This document shows, piece after piece, positions 40,763 through 50,169 of a stretch of DNA of 64,000 nucleotides (positions are counted from its first letter, which is position 1; every line of letters begins with the position of its first letter). A model generated the notes under the pieces. The model was not told the DNA's origin. It did no database searches and worked only from the letters and a program-made list of their open reading frames with translations. A program made the position numbers and the translations under genes. Source of the stretch: Candidatus Woesearchaeota archaeon (lineage in GTDB: Archaea; Nanobdellota; Nanobdellia; Pacearchaeales; GW2011-AR1); NCBI GenBank assembly GCA_964592915.1, contig CAZQGH010000002.1, positions 6,435 through 70,434 of the forward strand. Reading direction: 5' to 3'.

Positions 40763-40763
40763 A

Positions 40764-41135
40764 ATGGGAGCAAATATACAAAAAGAGTTGGAAGAGGAAG
40801 ATGATAAAAAATTGAATAATTTTCATAAGGAATTTTCTAATTTTCCAAAAAAACAAGATATTAATCAGATAGAAAATAAAAAATTAAAAAAAGAATTTGC
40901 AAAATTTATTTTACAGCTAATTAAAGAAACATATAAGGATATTAAACCAATAAGTAATACTTGTGAGAATATTTGAGGGTTTGTTCAGTATGATTTTGAT
41001 GATGAGATAGATGAAGTTATTAGCATAGCTTACAATCAGGAAGTTCCAGTTGATAGTGAAGAAAAAACACTTGAAGAATGGGGCAAAATGAAAAAATTAT
41101 TAGAAAAATATATTAAATCTCTAATATTGTTATAG
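40764..41135 (+). pseudogene. hypothetical protein interrupted by an in-frame TGA at 40974-40976
   Basis: The frame continues 52 protein-like codons (GFVQYDFDDEIDE...) to a TAG 2 nt before the next ATG. Confidence 0.5.
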
Positions 41136-41137
41136 AT

Positions 41138-41545
41138 ATGAAAATAAAAATAATAACTAAATATGGAGAAGTCAATGCTGAGTTGAATGGTACTGAGACA
41201 GCTAAAGAGATTTATGATAATTTGCCTATAGAAGGAGAAGCAAATGTATGGGGAGAAGAAATATATTTTAAAATTCCTGTTTCCAGAGAAACTGAAGAGC
41301 CAAAAAAAAGAACGATGGAAATTGGAGATTTAGCTTATTGGAGTGAAGGGAAAGCATTTTGCATATTTTTTGGCAAAACTCCTGCATCTATTGATGAAAA
41401 TCCAAGAGCAATTTCTGATGTAACTTTTTTAGGGAGAGCAAAAAATATAGAAATGTTTAAAAAAGTTAAAGACAATGAAAAAATAACTCTTGATAAAGCT
41501 GAGGAAAATATGGATAATAAAGAGGAGGATAATGAAGATGAGTGA
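41138..41545 (+). CDS. cyclophilin-like fold protein (DUF369/TM1367-like)
   Basis: TA..IYDNLP, WGEEIYF, GDLAYW..G.AFCIFFG.TP. Confidence 0.85.
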   Translation: MKIKIITKYGEVNAELNGTETAKEIYDNLPIEGEANVWGEEIYFKIPVSRETEEPKKRTMEIGDLAYWSEGKAFCIFFGKTPASIDENPRAISDVTFLGRAKNIEMFKKVKDNEKITLDKAEENMDNKEEDNEDE

Positions 41546-41888
41546 GGAAAATAATGAAGGAATTGTCAAATTTTCAGAATGGATGAAACTAGATTTAAGA
41601 GCTGGCAAAATATTAAAAGTAGAAGATATAGAAGGAGCTGATAAGCTGTATAAACTTGAGGTAGATACTGGAGATAAAAAAAGAGTTTTAGTAGCAGGCT
41701 TGAAACCTTATTATGAAAAAGAGGAATTGATAAATAAAAGATGTGTTGTTTTTTGCAATTTAGAGCCAAAAAAAATGAAAGGGATTAAAAGCGAGGGAAT
41801 GATATTAGCAGCTGTAAATGAAGGTGAATCTAAAGTTAATTTGCTGCAGCCAGATAAAGAAATTGAATCAGGTTCAAAAATCAGGTAA
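41538..41888 (+). CDS. tRNA-binding OB-fold protein (Trbp111/MetRS C-terminal domain)
   Basis: LDLRAGKIL.VE...GADKLYKL.VD.G, NLEPKKMKGIKSEGMILAA; GGAGG SD upstream. Confidence 0.9.
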   Translation: MSEENNEGIVKFSEWMKLDLRAGKILKVEDIEGADKLYKLEVDTGDKKRVLVAGLKPYYEKEELINKRCVVFCNLEPKKMKGIKSEGMILAAVNEGESKVNLLQPDKEIESGSKIR

Positions 41889-42019
41889 TTAGACATATAA
41901 TTCTAAGGATAAGCATATTTTTAAAATCAAATAGAAAAAGAATTCCTGGAAAGATTAGTTCAATGAGATATATTGAAAAGATTGCAGAATTAGCTTTATT
42001 AGAAGAAATAATTGTATAA

Positions 42020-42778
42020 TCATAATCCAACTTTTCTTAAAACTTTTTCAAACAAAGAATCTTCTTTAATTGGTCTTCCCAATATTTTTCTTGCAACTTT
42101 GTCATAGGCTTTAGCTGCTTTGGATTTAGGATGAGTATGATAAATGGCATCTTTTCTTGCTAAAGATTCCTGCATTTTCTTTTCTTCGGGAACAATTCCT
42201 AAAACAGGAATTTCTAACATCTCCCTAATGCTTGTTAAAGACATTTCAGTTGGCTTTCCTTTATATCTTGTTATTATTACCCCCCGAACAGTTTTGCCTT
42301 TTTCATCAGCAACTTTTATTGTTTTTAATGCATCAGTAACTGAAGGTATTTCTGGGTGGGTGACAATAATCAATTCTTCTCCGGCTTCAATTACTTTTAA
42401 TGATTCTTCGCCTAATCCTGCAGGGGAATCCAGGATGATAATATCTGAATAATTTTTTAAATTATTAGTTATTTCTGAAAACTTATCTAATTTTAATTTT
42501 TTTAATTCTTTAATTGATAAATCTGAGGGAATAATTTTAGTTCCAGAATCATGCTCATAAATAGCTTCATGTATCTCAGCTTCATCCCTTAAAACATGAT
42601 TTAATGTTATTGGAGCAATTGGTGCTCCCAGATATAATCCAACATTAGGAGTGGTAAGATTTGCATCTACTACAACAACATTTTCCCCCATTGAATTGAA
42701 AGCTGCACCTAAATTAATTGCAGTGGTGGTTTTACCAACACCTCCTTTTCCTGAAGTCACAACATAAATTTTAGCCAT
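42020..42778 (-). CDS. minD: MinD/ParA family ATPase
   Basis: SGKGGVGKTTTAINL, VDAN, LDSPAGL, PEIPSVTDALK. Confidence 0.9.
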   Translation of the reverse strand: MAKIYVVTSGKGGVGKTTTAINLGAAFNSMGENVVVVDANLTTPNVGLYLGAPIAPITLNHVLRDEAEIHEAIYEHDSGTKIIPSDLSIKELKKLKLDKFSEITNNLKNYSDIIILDSPAGLGEESLKVIEAGEELIIVTHPEIPSVTDALKTIKVADEKGKTVRGVIITRYKGKPTEMSLTSIREMLEIPVLGIVPEEKKMQESLARKDAIYHTHPKSKAAKAYDKVARKILGRPIKEDSLFEKVLRKVGL

Positions 42779-42829
42779 TTTAAAAATTTATTTTTTAGAT
42801 ATTAAAAATCTTTTGATTTTTGGTACTTA

Positions 42830-43267
42830 TTAAGAAACAAATTGTTTTATAAAGCTTATGTATTTGTCAATTATTATACTGTACTCTTTTAATTTGTCCA
42901 AATCAATATTTACATAATCTCCTTTATCCATAACTTTTAAAGTTAGGTTTTTTCTAAATTCGCTTTCTCTTTGTTTTTGGGCATTTTCGATTCTTTTAAA
43001 AAATTCATATAACTCCAAAGTTTCCATAATTTCCGGAGTTTTTTTAAACACTTCTTTTAATTTTTCGAGTTTCATTCGAGGAGCAGTCGGAATAGAAGAA
43101 ATTTTTTTCTTTTTCTTTACTTGTTCAAGCAACATATCCATACCTACCTCTATTAAACTTCGCCATCTTGCTATCAAGTTTAGCATAACATCAACTGTTT
43201 TAGTGTATTTTAAACTTACATATAGAAGATGGTCTGCACTAATTTTTTCCTGTATTATTCTCTCCAT
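42830..43267 (-). CDS. conserved hypothetical protein
   Basis: ADHLLYVSLKYTKT.DV motif; 145 aa. Confidence 0.7.
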   Translation of the reverse strand: MERIIQEKISADHLLYVSLKYTKTVDVMLNLIARWRSLIEVGMDMLLEQVKKKKKISSIPTAPRMKLEKLKEVFKKTPEIMETLELYEFFKRIENAQKQRESEFRKNLTLKVMDKGDYVNIDLDKLKEYSIIIDKYISFIKQFVS

Positions 43268-43337
43268 TTTTTTTGAAAAATGCTGAAAGGGCTAAAAATT
43301 ACTATGTTATGGTAATATAAATACCTTTCTATTCTTC

Positions 43338-43808
43338 TCATATTTTCCTTCTTATTTTATTTTCTGCTTTTTTAAGAATTTGTTTGGTTTTAATTAGAAA
43401 CTCCTTGATATCTGGCAAATCTATAGTTTCTGTATGTAAATTGTCAGTCATTATTACAATTTTATCCTTTTTTACAAATTCTAAAGGGGAATTTTTGTGT
43501 TTTTGAGTTAAAGTGAATACTTTTGAAATTACATTCATTTCTTCTTCAGTTATATTATAACGGGAAGCACATTTCTCTTTAAATGTTCTAAAGTTCTCTT
43601 TTGGGTCTTTATACAGCTGAATTCTCTTATATAGATACTCATATTGTAAAATTGAATTTAAAATATTCATTAAAGCTGTATTAAGCTGATTTAAGATTTT
43701 CAATAGCAATCGTTTTTCTTTTATTAATGGGTAAGTCATATAAGTCATATGGTCAGCTGTTTTTAAAATAGATATAGAATTCTCTAAGTATTCAATATAT
43801 TTTTCCAT
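43338..43808 (-). CDS. conserved hypothetical protein (HEPN-like helical, related to its neighbour)
   Basis: TADHMTYMTYPL resembles the ADHLLYV motif of the adjacent ORF. Confidence 0.65.
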   Translation of the reverse strand: MEKYIEYLENSISILKTADHMTYMTYPLIKEKRLLLKILNQLNTALMNILNSILQYEYLYKRIQLYKDPKENFRTFKEKCASRYNITEEEMNVISKVFTLTQKHKNSPLEFVKKDKIVIMTDNLHTETIDLPDIKEFLIKTKQILKKAENKIRRKI

Positions 43809-43867
43809 TTTCCCTTAGTTAGTAAAATCAAAGAAACAGGGGTTAATATATTTTATGTTTAACTTAA

Positions 43868-43920
43868 TGTCAGAAATCAAAGATTTCTGAGCACTGTCAA
43901 AAGTCTTAAGAATTTTGAAG
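43868..43920 (-). mobile_element. palindromic element core (D), overlapping the nac 3' end
   Basis: Minus strand CTTC-AAAATTCT ta AGACTTTT-GACAGTGCTC-AGAAATC ttt GATTTCT-GACA; 53 nt. Confidence 0.8.
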
Positions 43921-44226
43921 ACTTAAAATTGCTTCAGCTAAATCTCCATTTGCATCTTCTAAAGCTTTTTTTGCTTTTTCTTTACTACAACTAGTTTTTT
44001 TCATAACCTGTTTTATGTCTTCTTCTGTTATTCCTTGCTCTTCATTTATTTCTCCAGTAATCTGAAATGATTCCTGTCCCTGCATGTTCACTTTCACAAC
44101 TGACGGATTATCTATGATTATATTAGAACCTTCTTTTTCAATAATAACTCTTTTTGCAGGAATTTCTTCCTGAGAAATTCCCATTTTTTTCATCATTCCC
44201 TGTATTTTCTTTGGATTAATATTCAT
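43906..44226 (-). CDS. nac: nascent polypeptide-associated complex protein (aNAC)
   Basis: NPKK..GMMKKMGI, A.RVII, GQESFQITG, UBA-like ALE.ANGDLAEAIL. Confidence 0.93.
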   Translation of the reverse strand: MNINPKKIQGMMKKMGISQEEIPAKRVIIEKEGSNIIIDNPSVVKVNMQGQESFQITGEINEEQGITEEDIKQVMKKTSCSKEKAKKALEDANGDLAEAILSLQNS

Positions 44227-44227
44227 C

Positions 44228-44392
44228 TTAACCAGCTATAGGCCATAAAATTTTTAGTGCTGTAACAAATATGATAGCCAGAATAATTAAAACAATTACA
44301 TGTTTTGGATCTAACATTATCTTACTTTTATATTCTTCATTATATCTCATTAACCCGCCAAACCCAGCAGGCATGTTTATGTTTTGTGCCAT
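44228..44392 (-). CDS. secG: preprotein translocase subunit Sec61-beta (not in ORF track)
   Basis: MAQNINMPAGFGGLMRYNEEYKSKIMLDPKHVIVLIILAIIFVTALKILWPIAG, translated by hand. Confidence 0.88.
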   Translation of the reverse strand: MAQNINMPAGFGGLMRYNEEYKSKIMLDPKHVIVLIILAIIFVTALKILWPIAG

Positions 44393-44422
44393 GATTATTT
44401 GTATTATTTTTTGTTTTTAAAT

Positions 44423-44659
44423 TTAACTACTAATCTTAATTCCTTGTCTTTGTAGCCATGTTTCAACAGGAATCCTCGATTTTACTTGGTCATCTTCAAG
44501 AATCTCAATTTCTAAGTCTCCTTTTACTCTAATTTCGCGTGTTCCAGTGAAAGGATTTGTTACTGCAAATAAATATCTTGATATTTCTTCATCTAAAGTA
44601 GCAGGAATATATTTTCCTAAAAGTTCTCCATTTTTATATAATCTATATTCAGCTCCCAT
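44423..44659 (-). CDS. hypothetical protein
   Basis: 78 aa ATG ORF. Confidence 0.5.
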   Translation of the reverse strand: MGAEYRLYKNGELLGKYIPATLDEEISRYLFAVTNPFTGTREIRVKGDLEIEILEDDQVKSRIPVETWLQRQGIKISS

Positions 44660-44692
44660 ATTTTGAAAAACGAAAGAAATTTATAATTGTTT

Positions 44693-45289
44693 CTATTTCA
44701 TTTTTTCAATAACTTCATCTTCCTTTTTTTTAGTATGGGTTTTTCCAAATCTGACTAATACCGGATTTATCTTCTTCCAGTATTTTTTTGGAAATAATTC
44801 TTCCAAATCAGATTCAATTTTGTCCGGTTTTTTATGTGTTGTCCAGTTTAATTTTTGCGAAATTCTTTTAACATGTGTGTCAACAGCTATTGCATTTTTA
44901 TTTTCTTTTTCAGTTAAATAAACATTGGCTGTTTTTCTTCCCACTCCTGGCAGTTCAGTTAATTTTTCTCTTGTGCTGGGAATTCCTTTTTTGTTAATTA
45001 TTTTTGCAGTTTCTTTTATGTGCTTGGCTTTTGTTTTATAATAATTAATTGGTTTGATTATTTTTTTAATTTCATTTAAATCTGCACTTGCCAGTTTTTT
45101 CAGTGAAGGAAATTTATTAAATAGCTTTTTTGAAATCGGAATTGTTTTTTCATCCCTGTTTTGAGCTGATAAAATCGTAACAATAAGAGTTTTCCATTTT
45201 GTATTCCATGATTCAGATGCTAATCTCATTTTTTCGGAATTTTTCTTAAGAAAGTTTAATTGTTTAATAGCTTTTTTAGTTTTAACCAT
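44693..45289 (-). CDS. nth: endonuclease III (HhH-GPD glycosylase) lacking the Fe-S cluster loop
   Basis: ILSAQ..D, LPGVGRKTAN, AVDTHV.RIS; no Cys-X6-Cys-X2-Cys-X5-Cys motif. Confidence 0.88.
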   Translation of the reverse strand: MVKTKKAIKQLNFLKKNSEKMRLASESWNTKWKTLIVTILSAQNRDEKTIPISKKLFNKFPSLKKLASADLNEIKKIIKPINYYKTKAKHIKETAKIINKKGIPSTREKLTELPGVGRKTANVYLTEKENKNAIAVDTHVKRISQKLNWTTHKKPDKIESDLEELFPKKYWKKINPVLVRFGKTHTKKKEDEVIEKMK

Positions 45290-45339
45290 TATAAGAAAAT
45301 AAAGAATACTTTTTTAAATACTTATCTTTTATTTTTCTT

Positions 45340-47712
45340 ATGAGCAAGAAGAATGCATATAATGCTGAAGAAGTAGAGGAAAAATGGAGAAATTTCTGGG
45401 ATAGAGAGAAGATTTACAAGTTTGACAAGAAAAGCAAGAAACCTATATATTCAATAGATACTCCTCCTCCCACAGTTTCTGGTAAGATGCATATAGGGCA
45501 TGCTTTTAGTTATGCTCAGCAGGATTTTGTTATAAGATTTAGGAGAATGTTTGGTTATAATGTTTTTTACCCTTTTGGAACTGATGATAATGGTTTAGCT
45601 ACAATAAGACTTATTGAAAAAGAGAAAAAAGTAAAATCATTTGATTTAGGTAGAGAAAATTTCATCAAATTAGTTTTGGAAACTTTAGAAAATGAGCTAA
45701 GACCTCAATATATTAAAGACTGGAAAAGATTAGGAATAAGCTGTGACTGGGATATTTTTTATACTACTATTGATGAGCATTCAAGAAGAATTTCTCAGCT
45801 TTCTTTTTTGGATTTGTATGAAAAAGGAAGAGAGTACAGGAAAAGAACACCTTTTTTCTGGTGTCCCGAATGTCAGACTTCTATTGCGCAAGTTGAAATG
45901 AAAGATAAAACAAAGAAAAGCAAATTTGTTTACATCAAATTTGATACTTCTTTAGGTAAACAGATAACAATTGCAACTACTCGTCCCGAATTAATGGCTG
46001 CGTGCGTTGCTGTTCATGTTCATCCTGATGATAAGAGATATAAGGAATTTATTGGAGAGAAAGCTATATTACCAATATATAATAGAGAAGTTCAAATTTA
46101 TGCAAATAAAGATGTTGACATGGATTTTGGAACAGGAGCAGTATACCATTGCACTTTTGGAGATATGGATGATGTTGAGTGGATTGAAAAATTTGATATT
46201 CAACCTATAGAAATTATGGATAAAGATGGAAAATTAAATGAAAAAGCTGGAAAATACAAAGGATTAAAATCTGAGCAAGCAAGAAAAGCAATTATAGATG
46301 ATTTGAAGAAATTGGAAAGAATAGAAAAAGTTGAACCAATAGAGCATGTTGTTAATGTTCATGAAAGGTGCGATACTGACATTGAAATTTTAATGACTGA
46401 ACAATGGTTTATCAAATATTTAGATTTAAAAAAAGAGATGTTAAAATGGGGCAAAAAACTTAATTGGTTTCCAAAATATATGAAAGTAAGGTATGATAAC
46501 TGGGTCAAGGGTTTGAAATATGATTGGAGTATTTCAAGACAAAGATTTTTCGGTGTTCCGATTCCTGTTTGGTATTGTAAAAAATGTAATGAGATTATTT
46601 TACCTGAAGAATCTCAGCTTCCAATAGACCCGTTAAAAGATAAGCCAAAGAAGAAATGTAAATGCGGTTCAGATGAATTTGAAGGAGAAAAAGATGTTTT
46701 AGATACATGGGCAACTTCTTCTTTAACTCCCAGGTTAGCTATTGAGTTAATGCCGGAAGCAATACAAAAAAAATTATATCCTATGGATTTAAGACCTCAG
46801 GCTCATGACATTATAACTTTCTGGTTGTTTAACACTGTGGTAAAAAGTAATTTGCATTATAATAAAAATCCGTTTAAAGATGTTGTAATCTCAGGATTTA
46901 TTTTAGATCCTGAAGGTAAAAAAATGTCTAAATCAAAAGGAAATGCAATTGCTCCCCAGGATGTTTTTAAGTTATATGGTGCAGATGCTTTCAGATATTT
47001 GGCAGCTTCTTCAAAATTGGGAGAAGATTTATCATATCAGGAAAAAGATTTGATAACTGGAAAAAAATTCATAACAAAAATAATTAATGCATCTAAATTT
47101 GTGTTTATGCATATAAAAAATAAACCCAAAAAAAATAAATTAAATGAAACAGATAGATTATTTTTATCAAGATTAAATAATCTAATTAAACAAGCTACAG
47201 AAAATTTCGAAAATTATGAATATTCAAAAGTAAAACAGGATGTTGACAACTTTTTTTGGAAGGATTTCGCAGACAATTACTTAGAGATTATTAAAGACAG
47301 AGTATACAATGATAGAAAAGGAAAAGAATCAGCATTATTTACATTATATAATTCTTTATTAGCAATTTTGAAAATGTTTTCTCCCATAACTCCTTTTGTC
47401 ACTGAGGAACTTTATCAAACCTATTATAAAAAATTCGAGAAAGATAAATCAATACACATTTCTAAATGGCCAGAAATTGTAAAGATTACAAACAAGAAAG
47501 AGGATGAAGCAATCTATGACTTATTATTAGACGTTATTTCAGATGTAAGAAAAGAGAAATCAGATAATCAAAAATCTGTAAAAGCTGAGATTATTTTAAC
47601 TTTAGAAAAAGAAAAGCAGGAAAAGTTAAAAGATATGTTGGATGATTTAAAATCAGTTTTAAATGTTAAAGAGTTGAAACAGGGAAAATTTAAAGTTGAA
47701 TTTGCGGATTAG
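45340..47712 (+). CDS. valS: valyl-tRNA synthetase
   Basis: IDTPPPTVSG.MHIGH, ATTRPE, DW.ISRQR.FG, DTWATSS, KMSKS. Confidence 0.96.
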   Translation: MSKKNAYNAEEVEEKWRNFWDREKIYKFDKKSKKPIYSIDTPPPTVSGKMHIGHAFSYAQQDFVIRFRRMFGYNVFYPFGTDDNGLATIRLIEKEKKVKSFDLGRENFIKLVLETLENELRPQYIKDWKRLGISCDWDIFYTTIDEHSRRISQLSFLDLYEKGREYRKRTPFFWCPECQTSIAQVEMKDKTKKSKFVYIKFDTSLGKQITIATTRPELMAACVAVHVHPDDKRYKEFIGEKAILPIYNREVQIYANKDVDMDFGTGAVYHCTFGDMDDVEWIEKFDIQPIEIMDKDGKLNEKAGKYKGLKSEQARKAIIDDLKKLERIEKVEPIEHVVNVHERCDTDIEILMTEQWFIKYLDLKKEMLKWGKKLNWFPKYMKVRYDNWVKGLKYDWSISRQRFFGVPIPVWYCKKCNEIILPEESQLPIDPLKDKPKKKCKCGSDEFEGEKDVLDTWATSSLTPRLAIELMPEAIQKKLYPMDLRPQAHDIITFWLFNTVVKSNLHYNKNPFKDVVISGFILDPEGKKMSKSKGNAIAPQDVFKLYGADAFRYLAASSKLGEDLSYQEKDLITGKKFITKIINASKFVFMHIKNKPKKNKLNETDRLFLSRLNNLIKQATENFENYEYSKVKQDVDNFFWKDFADNYLEIIKDRVYNDRKGKESALFTLYNSLLAILKMFSPITPFVTEELYQTYYKKFEKDKSIHISKWPEIVKITNKKEDEAIYDLLLDVISDVRKEKSDNQKSVKAEIILTLEKEKQEKLKDMLDDLKSVLNVKELKQGKFKVEFAD

Positions 47713-47730
47713 CTGTTACATTAGGTTCAA

Positions 47731-47943
47731 TTAAAATGTTTCTAAAACCTGGTTTTTATTTTTTCCAAATCTCTTTTTTGTTTTTATAACTAAATTTTTA
47801 AAATAATCTGGGTTAATTAAGTATAGTCCTGAAGCTATCAATAAAAATCCCTGTAATATTGGCACAATTAGTCCAATTATTCCTATAATAACAAGGAGCA
47901 TCCCAGTGGAAATTCTTATCATTTTTTTTGTTTTTTTATTCAT
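47731..47943 (-). CDS. small membrane protein
   Basis: GMLLVIIGIIGLIVPILQGFLLI two-TM motif. Confidence 0.65.
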   Translation of the reverse strand: MNKKTKKMIRISTGMLLVIIGIIGLIVPILQGFLLIASGLYLINPDYFKNLVIKTKKRFGKNKNQVLETF

Positions 47944-48263
47944 GAATGTATAAATAAAGCATTATTTATGAACCTACGCAATTATTCATAATCGATTTTT
48001 AAATAATCTGGACTAAACAAATTGCGGAAAAACCCTATGCCGAATTCAAAACATTCTAAATGTTATAGAAATACCATTATAGAATTTTATGAATATCATA
48101 TTGCTTTCAATCTTGATATAACGGGCTAAGTAAAATGATAAGGGATTATCAAGATTTTGGAACAGGATTAGAGGGAATTGTAGATTCTTTAATTAATATT
48201 TTGTTAGGAAACTGAGTTAATTAATAGAAAAGGATTTAAAAACTATTCTCCATAATTAAAAAT

Positions 48264-49349
48264 ATGCCAGCACTAACCAAAGATGAATTAGAAGAAGTAT
48301 TGAAAGAATTAAAAAATGTTAGGGGAAGACATACTGAATTAGTGACAGTATATATTCCTGCAGATTATAACATTAACACTGTAGCAAGGCAAATAGATGA
48401 TGAAAAAGGAACAGCAACCAATATCAAATCAAAATCAACAAGAAAAAATGTTTTGGATGCATTAGAAACAATTTCAAGAGAATTAAAATTGTATAAACAA
48501 ACACCAAAAAATGGAATGGCTATTTTTTGCGGGAATGTTTCAGAAAAAGAAGGGCAAACGGATATTAAACTATGGGTTTTAGAGCCTCCCAAATCTCTGA
48601 ATACAAGATTATACAGATGCGACCAGGAATTTGTATTAGACCCGTTAGAAGAAATGCTGGAAGTGGATGAAGTTTATGGATTAGTTGTTATGGACAGGAA
48701 AGAAGCTACAATTGGATTATTAGAGGGAAAGCATATTAAATTATTAAGACATTTAACCTCAGGAGTTCCTGGAAAGTATAAAACTGGCGGGCAGAGCTCG
48801 CAGCGTTTTGAAAGATTAAGAGAGGAAGCAGCTAAGGAGTTTTACAGGAGAATATCTGAGAATATGAAAGAGGTGTTTTTTGACAATGATAAACTAAAAG
48901 GAATCATTGTTGGAGGACCGGTTCCAACAAAAGAAGAATTTATGGAGCAGGCACAATTAGTTACTCAGTTAAAAGAAAAAGTAATCGGATTAAAAGATAT
49001 CGGAAACACAGACGAATCTGGATTGGAAGATTTAGTAGAAGCTTCTCAAGAATTATTGCAAGAACAGGAAATAATTCATGAAAAACAGGTTTTAGAGAAT
49101 TTTTTTGAATCATTAGGAAAATCTCAAGATGCAATATATGGTGAAGAAGAAGTTAAAAAAGCTTTAAAATACGGAGCTGTAGGCACATTAATATTAAGTA
49201 AAAGTTTAGACAGGAAAAAAATAACAGAATTAACTAAATTGGCTGAGAACATTTCAGCTGAAGTGGAGATAGTTTCTACAGATACTCCCGAAGGAGAGCA
49301 ATTTAAAAATTTGAAGGGCATTGGAGCATTATTAAGATTTCATGTTTAA
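48264..49349 (+). CDS. prf1: peptide chain release factor aRF1
   Basis: GRHTELV, GTATNIKS, YRCDQEF, GGQS..RF, GIGALLRF. Confidence 0.96.
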   Translation: MPALTKDELEEVLKELKNVRGRHTELVTVYIPADYNINTVARQIDDEKGTATNIKSKSTRKNVLDALETISRELKLYKQTPKNGMAIFCGNVSEKEGQTDIKLWVLEPPKSLNTRLYRCDQEFVLDPLEEMLEVDEVYGLVVMDRKEATIGLLEGKHIKLLRHLTSGVPGKYKTGGQSSQRFERLREEAAKEFYRRISENMKEVFFDNDKLKGIIVGGPVPTKEEFMEQAQLVTQLKEKVIGLKDIGNTDESGLEDLVEASQELLQEQEIIHEKQVLENFFESLGKSQDAIYGEEEVKKALKYGAVGTLILSKSLDRKKITELTKLAENISAEVEIVSTDTPEGEQFKNLKGIGALLRFHV

Positions 49350-49358
49350 GATTTCACT

Positions 49359-49832
49359 ATGAATATGAATACGAAGCTATATAATCTATTAAGAAAAAGA
49401 AAAAGGGGAGTAAGGCTTTACAAAAGAAGTATTAAAGCCAGAGCCAAACAACAGCTGGAACAATTCAAAAGTTATCTTAAAATTTCGCTAATTTGTGCAG
49501 GAATTTTGTTTATACTATTATTTTTGTTCACTTCAGTTTTAAGAATCCATTACTTAATTTCTTTTTTAATTTCATTTGCTATTGCTGGTTCATTTAATTT
49601 TTTTTTAAACAGATATAGAACATTTAGAGGATTTAATCCTATTAAACTAACAAAATTATATTACAAATTTTTTGTTGTAAGTTCATCTTCTTTTTTGTTA
49701 AATATCCTTTTTCTTTTTTTGCTTGTTAATTTTTTCAATATATGGTATTTATTAGCTCAGTTTTATATTGCATTGATTGGATTACCTATAATGTATTTTG
49801 TTCATAAAAAATGGACCTTTGATTTTTTTTAA
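49359..49832 (+). CDS. GtrA-like membrane protein
   Basis: Four TM segments; NFFLNRYRTF, YLLAQ, KKWTF. Confidence 0.8.
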   Translation: MNMNTKLYNLLRKRKRGVRLYKRSIKARAKQQLEQFKSYLKISLICAGILFILLFLFTSVLRIHYLISFLISFAIAGSFNFFLNRYRTFRGFNPIKLTKLYYKFFVVSSSSFLLNILFLFLLVNFFNIWYLLAQFYIALIGLPIMYFVHKKWTFDFF

Positions 49833-49874
49833 TTCAAAGAAAGTTTTAAAAATATTCTTTTTTATATTAAACAT

Positions 49875-50147
49875 ATGGAAAATCAGTATAAATTTGCATT
49901 AGCAGTTTTGTTTGTTGCTTTAATACTACTTATTGCCGGTTTCATCTCATATTATCTATTCTCACCAAAAATTGCTGCTTCTCCTGTGGAAGAGGGAATT
50001 GATGAGGGTATACAGTCAGTTTTAACTGAAAACAATAAAGTTTATTTGCTGTTAATTTTGTTAGTTTTAGTTATCTTAATCACTATCTCCTTTGTAGCTA
50101 AAAGAGTAAGAAGCATTGAAGACATGTTGTATGAAGAAAATTTATAA
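49875..50147 (+). CDS. hypothetical two-TM protein
   Basis: 90 aa with two hydrophobic segments. Confidence 0.6.
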   Translation: MENQYKFALAVLFVALILLIAGFISYYLFSPKIAASPVEEGIDEGIQSVLTENNKVYLLLILLVLVILITISFVAKRVRSIEDMLYEENL

Positions 50148-50169
50148 ACAAGCTATTTCTTATGAATTT

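Noticed and set aside
16216..40976. Genome-wide stop codon reassignment
   Set aside because: TAA, TAG and TGA all end conserved genes at the expected lengths, and aRF1 motifs are standard
42799..42827. Hairpin AAAAATC-tttt-GATTTTT resembling hairpin 2 of the element
   Set aside because: Lacks hairpin 1 and exact boundaries, is A/T-rich, and overlaps the probable minD BRE/TATA; at most a degenerate fifth copy until a model search is run
19246..43819. Identical leader ACTAAGGGAAAATGG before two minus-strand genes
   Set aside because: Explained by a purine-rich ribosome-binding context plus the start codon
47944..48263. 320-bp gap with small inverted repeats and short ORF fragments
   Set aside because: Multiple stops in all frames checked; hairpins do not match the element core; no supportable call
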